Assembly: GCA_041330285.1 (NCBI GenBank)
Contig: JBGKMI010000001.1
Coordinates: 304,630 to 368,629, forward strand
Origin: Collinsella sp.
GTDB lineage: Bacteria; Actinomycetota; Coriobacteriia; Coriobacteriales; Coriobacteriaceae
DNA: 64,000 nucleotides
Direction of reading: 5' to 3'
Made by a program: the position numbers and the translations under genes. The notes below the pieces were generated by a model. That model was given only the letters and a program-made list of their open reading frames with translations, did no database searches and had not been told where the DNA came from. The stretch's first letter is position 1; each line of letters opens with the position of its first letter. This document shows, piece after piece, positions 58,800 through 64,000 of the stretch.

Positions 58800-59978
58800 A
58801 TGAACGTTCTGGTCGTCAACGCAGGATCTTCGACCCTTAAGTATCAGGTCATCGATACCAAGTCCCACAAGGTGTCCGCAAAGGGCTCCTGCGAGCGCGT
58901 CTGCTTTACCGGCGGCACCTTCACCCACGCTGCCAACGGCTCCAAGAAGGTGACCGAGAACATCGAGTTCCCCGACCACAAGGTCGCCATCGAGGTCGTC
59001 CTGAAGGACCTCGAGGCCAACGGCGTCAAGATCGAGGGCATCGGCCACCGCATCGTTCAGGGTGGCTGGTACTTTGGCGATTCCTCCCTCGTCGACGAGG
59101 ACGTCCTCGCCAAGATCCGTGAGGTCGCCCCGCTCGCCCCGCTGCACAACAACCCCGAGGCCAACGTTATCGAGTACTGCCTGGAGCAGTATCCCGACCT
59201 GCCCAACGTTACGGTCTATGACACCGCTTTCCACTTCAACATGCCCGAGGTCGCCAAGACCTACGCCCTGCCCAAGGACGTCTGCGACAAGCTGCACATC
59301 CGTAAGTACGGCGCCCACGGCACCAGCTACCGCTACATCTCCAAGAAGGTTGCCGAGATGACCAGCGGCGAGGCTCGCAAGGTCGTCGTGTGCCACATCG
59401 GTTCCGGCGCCTCCCTGTGCGCCATCGAGGACGGTAAGTGCATGGACACCACCATGGGCCTCACCCCGCTCGACGGCGTCATGATGGGCACCCGCTGCGG
59501 CTCCATCGACCCGGCTACCGTGTGCTACCTGCAGCGCGAGGGCGGCTACACCTTCGACGAGGTCGACGAGATGATGAACAAGAAGTCCGGTCTTTTGGCT
59601 GTGACCGGCGGTAAGACCAACGACTGCCGCAACGTCGAGGAGCTTGCCGCCGCTGGCGACCCCGAGGCTCAGCTCGCCTTCGACATGTTCGTCTACAAGA
59701 TTGCCGCCAAGGCTGCCGAGATGGCCACTTCCATGTGCGGCATGGACACGCTGGTCTTCACCGCCGGCATCGGTGAGCACGCTCCGGCCGTTCGCGCCGG
59801 CGTTGCCGACCGTCTGGCCTTTATGGGCGTCAAGATGGACCATGCCCGTAACGCCCTGCGTGGCGACGGCGCTTGGTGCCTGTCTGCCAAGGATTCCAAG
59901 GTCAAGATCTTCGTCATCCCCACGGACGAGGAGTTCATGATCGCTTCTGACGTCGAGCGCATCGTCAACGGCAGGTAA
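58800..59978 (+). CDS. ackA: Acetate kinase, paralog 1
   Basis: NAGSSTLK, GHRIVQGG, APLHN, DTAFH, MGLTPLDG, GTRCG, GIGE and PTDEE. Confidence 0.93.
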   Translation: MNVLVVNAGSSTLKYQVIDTKSHKVSAKGSCERVCFTGGTFTHAANGSKKVTENIEFPDHKVAIEVVLKDLEANGVKIEGIGHRIVQGGWYFGDSSLVDEDVLAKIREVAPLAPLHNNPEANVIEYCLEQYPDLPNVTVYDTAFHFNMPEVAKTYALPKDVCDKLHIRKYGAHGTSYRYISKKVAEMTSGEARKVVVCHIGSGASLCAIEDGKCMDTTMGLTPLDGVMMGTRCGSIDPATVCYLQREGGYTFDEVDEMMNKKSGLLAVTGGKTNDCRNVEELAAAGDPEAQLAFDMFVYKIAAKAAEMATSMCGMDTLVFTAGIGEHAPAVRAGVADRLAFMGVKMDHARNALRGDGAWCLSAKDSKVKIFVIPTDEEFMIASDVERIVNGR

Positions 59979-60141
59979 TTGCAAGAGGGGAGGGGCTGGA
60001 CGACCAAGTGCCGTTCAGTCCCTCTTTTGCACTCGTTGGGCGATATGCTGATAGCTATTTATCAAGATATGATAACTTCTTATTAAAATGCGGTCGCCTT
60101 AAGGGGTCTGCGTCGACCGTATTGCACTGCAAAGGAGTCTC

Positions 60142-61320
60142 ATGAACGTACTTGTTGTCAACGCCGGCAGCTCAAGCCTTAAATATCAGTTTTTGGATAC
60201 CGATACCCGCGAGGTTTTCGCCAAAGGCAACTGCGAGCGTATCGGATCGGACATGGGCATCTTTGGCCACTCCGAGAACGGTGGCGCCAAGCAGACCGAG
60301 GAGGTCCCCTTTCCCGATCATCGCTGTGCCATTGCACGCGTGCTCGAGGAGCTCGAGAAGACCGACTTTACAATTGATGGCATTGGGCATCGCATCGTTC
60401 AGGGCGGCTGGCACTTCGATGATTCCGCGGTCGTCGACGACGAGGTCATGGCCAAGATCCTCGAGGTGGCACCGCTTGCCCCGCTGCACAACTACGGCGA
60501 GGCGGCGGCGATTGAGTATTGTCGCGAGAAGTATCCGGAGCTGCCCAACGTGGCCGTCTTCGACACCTCGTTCCACATGACCATGCCCGAGGTTGCCTAC
60601 ACCTACGCTCTGCCCAAGGACGTGTGCGACAAGTATCACGTGCGCAAGTACGGAGCCCACGGTACGAGCCACCGCTATGAGTGGATGATGGCCAAGGAGA
60701 TCCTGGGCTCGTGCTGCCACCGTCTGCTTTCGTGCCATCTGGGCAACGGTGCTTCGCTCGCCGCCATCGAGGACGGCGTGTGCCGCGACACCACGATGGG
60801 CCTCACGCCGCTCGACGGCCTGATGATGGGAACCCGCTGCGGCTCCATCGACCCGGCTACCGTGTGCTACCTGCAGCGCGAGGGCGGCTACAGCTACCAG
60901 GAAGTCGATGACATGATGAACAGGCAGTCTGGCCTGCTTGCCATCTCGGGTATCTCCAACGACGCCCGCGACATCCGTACGCGCGCCTCCGAGGGCGACG
61001 AGCGCTGCCTGCTCGCCTTCGATATGTTCGCCTATAAGGCTATGCAGCAGGCTGGTTCCATGATCGCCTCTATGGCGGGCGTCGATACCATCACCTTTAC
61101 CGCCGGCATCGGCGAGAACGACTGGTCGATCCGCAAGGCCTTCTGCGACTGCTTTGAGTGGCTGGGCGTGCGCATCGACAACAACAAGAACCGCGAGGCC
61201 GTGGGCAACGGCCCGCAGGTCATCAGCGCCGCCGGTTCCGCTGTCACGGTCATGGTCATCCCTACCGATGAGGAATACATGATCGCCCACGACGTCGAGC
61301 GCCTGACCAAGAACAACTAA
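60142..61320 (+). CDS. ackA: Acetate kinase, paralog 2
   Basis: Same motif set as paralog 1, in tandem. Confidence 0.93.
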   Translation: MNVLVVNAGSSSLKYQFLDTDTREVFAKGNCERIGSDMGIFGHSENGGAKQTEEVPFPDHRCAIARVLEELEKTDFTIDGIGHRIVQGGWHFDDSAVVDDEVMAKILEVAPLAPLHNYGEAAAIEYCREKYPELPNVAVFDTSFHMTMPEVAYTYALPKDVCDKYHVRKYGAHGTSHRYEWMMAKEILGSCCHRLLSCHLGNGASLAAIEDGVCRDTTMGLTPLDGLMMGTRCGSIDPATVCYLQREGGYSYQEVDDMMNRQSGLLAISGISNDARDIRTRASEGDERCLLAFDMFAYKAMQQAGSMIASMAGVDTITFTAGIGENDWSIRKAFCDCFEWLGVRIDNNKNREAVGNGPQVISAAGSAVTVMVIPTDEEYMIAHDVERLTKNN

Positions 61321-61342
61321 CGCGCGCATTTGCAAGTAAACG

Positions 61343-61378
61343 AAAGGCCTCCAGAGCAACAGCTCCGGAGGCCTTTTT
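61343..61378 (+). terminator. Intrinsic terminator after the second ackA
   Basis: AAAGGCCTCC...GGAGGCCTTTTT. Confidence 0.85.
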
Positions 61379-61526
61379 ACTAGCATACGGAAATTCCAGT
61401 CCCAAAGTGATCATCGCCGGCAACGCCTGCGCTTTCAGCAACGGCACCCATTCGTTCAGATCATCAGCCCCAGCTCGTAGCCAAGCCGCCGTCCACCCCA
61501 GATACCCTGACTGCTACGTAGCGGTA

Positions 61527-61657
61527 GAAGGCCATACGGGCTAACCCCTGAAAACATTCCGCAGACCAGAAACGCCCCCGTTCGTAGCTCCGGAGGAGCA
61601 GAACGGGGGCGTTTCATTGGTCGAGGACGTTTTCAGGGGTTAGCCCGTACGGCCTTC
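61527..61657. repeat. 131-bp nested palindrome (MITE/REP-like)
   Basis: 29-bp outer inverted repeat with 1 mismatch enclosing a 15-bp perfect inner inverted repeat. Confidence 0.7.
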
Positions 61658-61672
61658 GGACGAGTACGTACG

Positions 61673-62653
61673 CTACTCAGCCATCTGAGCCTGGACGGCG
61701 GTGATGGCCACGACACCCACGATGTCGTCGACAGAGCAGCCGCGCGAAAGGTCGTTAACCGGCTTGGCGATGCCCTGCAGGATGGGGCCGTAGGCGTCGG
61801 CGCCGGCGAAGCGTTGGACCAGCTTGTAGCCGATGTTACCGGCCTCGAGGTCGGGGAACACCAGCACGTTGGCCTTACCGGCGACGGAGGAGCCGGGAGC
61901 CTTGAGCTGGGCGACGGTGGGGACGATGGCGGCATCGAGCTGCAGGTCGCCGTCGATGGCGAGCTCGGGAGCCTTCTCGTGGCAGAACTTCATGGCCTCC
62001 TGGACCTTCTTGGCGACCTCGCCGCCGGCGGAGCCCATGGTGGAGTAGGAGAGCATGGCCACGTGCGGCTCAACGTTGCCCATGAAGGTGGACCAGGAGT
62101 GAGCGGAGGCGATGGCGATCTCGGAGAGCTCATCGGAGGACGGGTTGATGTTGAGACCGCAGTCGGCGAAGATCAGCGTGCCGTCGGTGCCGAACTGCGG
62201 GGTGTCGGTGCACATAACGAAGAAGGCCGAGACCAGCTTGGTGCCCGGGGCGGTCTTGAGGATCTGCAGCGCGGGGCGCAGCGTGTCGGCGGTGGAGTGG
62301 CAGGCGCCGGAGACCAGGCCGTCGGCGTCGCCCATCTTGACCATCATGGTGCCAAAGTAGGTAGCATCCATCACCTGGGCGCGAGCCTGTTCGATGGTGA
62401 CGCCTTTCTTGGCGCGGAGCTCGGCAAACTTCTGCGCGTACTCCTCGTGCTTCTCGGCATTACGCGGGTCGATGACGGTAGCGCCGGGAACGTTGATCTC
62501 GTCGGGGTTGCCCAGGATGACGATCTTTGCCAGGCCCTCCTCGATGATCTTGGTGGCTGCGACGATGGTGCGCGGATCCTCGCCCTCGGGCAGGACGATC
62601 GTCTTAAGGTCGGCCTTGGCGGCAGACTTCATACGGTTTAGGAAATCGCTCAT
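61673..62653 (-). CDS. pta: Phosphate acetyltransferase
   Basis: IVLPEG, ADGLVSGA.HSTADT.RPALQ, FADCG, DGDLQLDAA, GNIGYK and NDLSRG. Confidence 0.95.
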   Translation of the reverse strand: MSDFLNRMKSAAKADLKTIVLPEGEDPRTIVAATKIIEEGLAKIVILGNPDEINVPGATVIDPRNAEKHEEYAQKFAELRAKKGVTIEQARAQVMDATYFGTMMVKMGDADGLVSGACHSTADTLRPALQILKTAPGTKLVSAFFVMCTDTPQFGTDGTLIFADCGLNINPSSDELSEIAIASAHSWSTFMGNVEPHVAMLSYSTMGSAGGEVAKKVQEAMKFCHEKAPELAIDGDLQLDAAIVPTVAQLKAPGSSVAGKANVLVFPDLEAGNIGYKLVQRFAGADAYGPILQGIAKPVNDLSRGCSVDDIVGVVAITAVQAQMAE

Positions 62654-62884
62654 GTTACTCCTTACAAGCGTTTCGCTAAGCTCCAGGCGCCCGGCTGTTC
62701 ACGAATAAACCCGCTGCTAGCGGGTTTACCTTTCAATTATGTACGCCGCGGTGCTTGAGCTTTCCTTGTGTGGCAAGCTCATTATAGGACGCATTAGCGC
62801 TATAATCGCTCTGATAAATATGTCTCGAAGAATGTTCGAGAAAAGCCCAGCTAACGAGCCCGTGGCTTTTGACAAGGAGTATCG

Positions 62885-64000
62885 ATGCAGATTACCTCAG
62901 GCCTGCCTGAAGGCTTTAACGCCGGCGCGTACGACATGATTGTCGTCGGTGCTGGATATGCCGGTGCCGTTTGTGCCCGCCGTCTCGCCGAGACCATCGG
63001 CTATCGTGTTGCCGTTCTGGAGCGCCGTAGCCACATTGCGGGCAACGCCTACGACTGCGCTGATGAGGCCGGGATCCTGGTCCACGAGTATGGTCCGCAC
63101 ATCTACCATACCTTTAACGAGCGCGTCCACAATTTCCTGTCGCGCTTTACCAAGTGGACGGACTACCAGCACAAGGTGCTCGCCAACATCAATGGCACCC
63201 TTATGCCCGTGCCCTTTAACCATGCGAGCCTTAAGCTCGCCTTTGGTGATGAGCGCGGCGAGGAGCTGTATCAGAAGCTCGTGGAGACCTTTGGCAAGGA
63301 CGTCAAGGTGCCCATCATGGAGCTGCGCAAGAAGAACGACCCGGATCTTGCCGAGGTCGCCGATTACGTCTACGAGAACGTCTTTTTGCATTACACCATG
63401 AAGCAGTGGGGTCAGACGCCCGACCAGATCGATCCTTCAATCACCGGCCGTGTTCCCGTCTTTGTGGGCGACGATGATCGCTACTTCCCGCAGGCTCCCT
63501 TCCAGGGCATGCCGCAGGACGGCTATACCGCGTTGTTCGAGCACATGCTCGACCACGATCTGATTGATGTGTTCTGCGATGTGGACGCCCGCGACCTCTT
63601 CGAGATCGACGAGACCACCGTCAAGATCGACGGCAAGGTCTATGGCGGCGAGATCGTCTACACCGGTCCGCTCGACGAGCTGTTCAACCTCGACCTGGGC
63701 GCTCTGCCGTACCGTACGCTCGACATGAAGTTCGAGACGCTCGATATGGACCAGTTCCAGCCCGTGGGCACCGTCAATTACACCACGAGCGAGGATTACA
63801 CGCGTATCACCGAGTTCAAGAACATGACTGGTCAGGTCCTGCCCGGCAAGACCACCATCATGAAGGAGTATTCCAAGGCCTATACGCCCGGTTCGGGAGA
63901 AACGCCCTATTACGCCATTCTGGAGCCCGAGAACCGCGAGCTCTATGAGCGCTATCTTGAGCGCGTCCAGAACCTGACGAACTTCCACCCGGTGGGTCGC
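62885..64000 (+). CDS. glf: UDP-galactopyranose mutase, 3' end outside window
   Basis: My translation from ATG 62885 (AAGGAG SD): VVGAGYAG, ERRSHIAGNAYD, HEYGPHIYHT, YTMKQWG, RVPV, YTGPLD and LPYRTL. No stop before the window end, so it is absent from the ORF track. Confidence 0.92.
   Translation, partial: MQITSGLPEGFNAGAYDMIVVGAGYAGAVCARRLAETIGYRVAVLERRSHIAGNAYDCADEAGILVHEYGPHIYHTFNERVHNFLSRFTKWTDYQHKVLANINGTLMPVPFNHASLKLAFGDERGEELYQKLVETFGKDVKVPIMELRKKNDPDLAEVADYVYENVFLHYTMKQWGQTPDQIDPSITGRVPVFVGDDDRYFPQAPFQGMPQDGYTALFEHMLDHDLIDVFCDVDARDLFEIDETTVKIDGKVYGGEIVYTGPLDELFNLDLGALPYRTLDMKFETLDMDQFQPVGTVNYTTSEDYTRITEFKNMTGQVLPGKTTIMKEYSKAYTPGSGETPYYAILEPENRELYERYLERVQNLTNFHPVGR

Noticed and set aside
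62739..63988. Fragmentary ORFs suggesting a frameshifted gene at the window end
   Set aside because: glf reads uninterrupted from 62885 to 64000. The listed ORFs are off-frame or antisense shadows.
1..64000. CRISPR array, tRNA/rRNA, IS or prophage
   Set aside because: No regularly spaced direct repeats, structural RNA signatures, transposase or integrase were seen.

Overview
High-GC chromosomal segment of a Coriobacteriia gut actinobacterium, most likely Collinsella (inferred from gene content and style). No rRNA, tRNA, CRISPR array, transposase, integrase or phage gene is visible. In order: (1) an extended fructoselysine/Amadori-compound catabolic cluster (GntR, YfcC transporter, amidohydrolase, frlC, frlB, two frlD-like kinases, second amidohydrolase, YjbQ, BtpA/SgcQ, FGGY kinase); (2) tatD-tcdA, orphan sdpR-sdpI, ettA, two hypotheticals, nadE, aminotransferase, ldh, DUF2974, nucleoid-associated protein; (3) a lysine-riboswitch-controlled operon with an in-frame lysA-dapA fusion, dapB and dapH, plus a divergent M20 deacetylase; (4) an uncharacterised catabolic cluster: 2-enoate-reductase-like flavoenzyme, two-subunit aconitase X, M20 acyl-amino-acid hydrolase and MFS transporter; (5) an FxLYD protein / HTH / membrane Ser-Thr kinase module with a perfect palindromic operator; (6) a cell-wall hydrolase divergent from D-aspartate ligase and racemase; (7) a TrpP-like ECF transporter behind a WWW leader-peptide attenuator; (8) C69 peptidase, an unlisted 30-aa membrane peptide, lipid kinase, rnd, xseAB, HIT, a LysR-MFS pair, tandem ackA paralogs, pta and a truncated glf. 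The best candidate for an undescribed system is the enoate reductase/AcnX/M20/MFS cluster.
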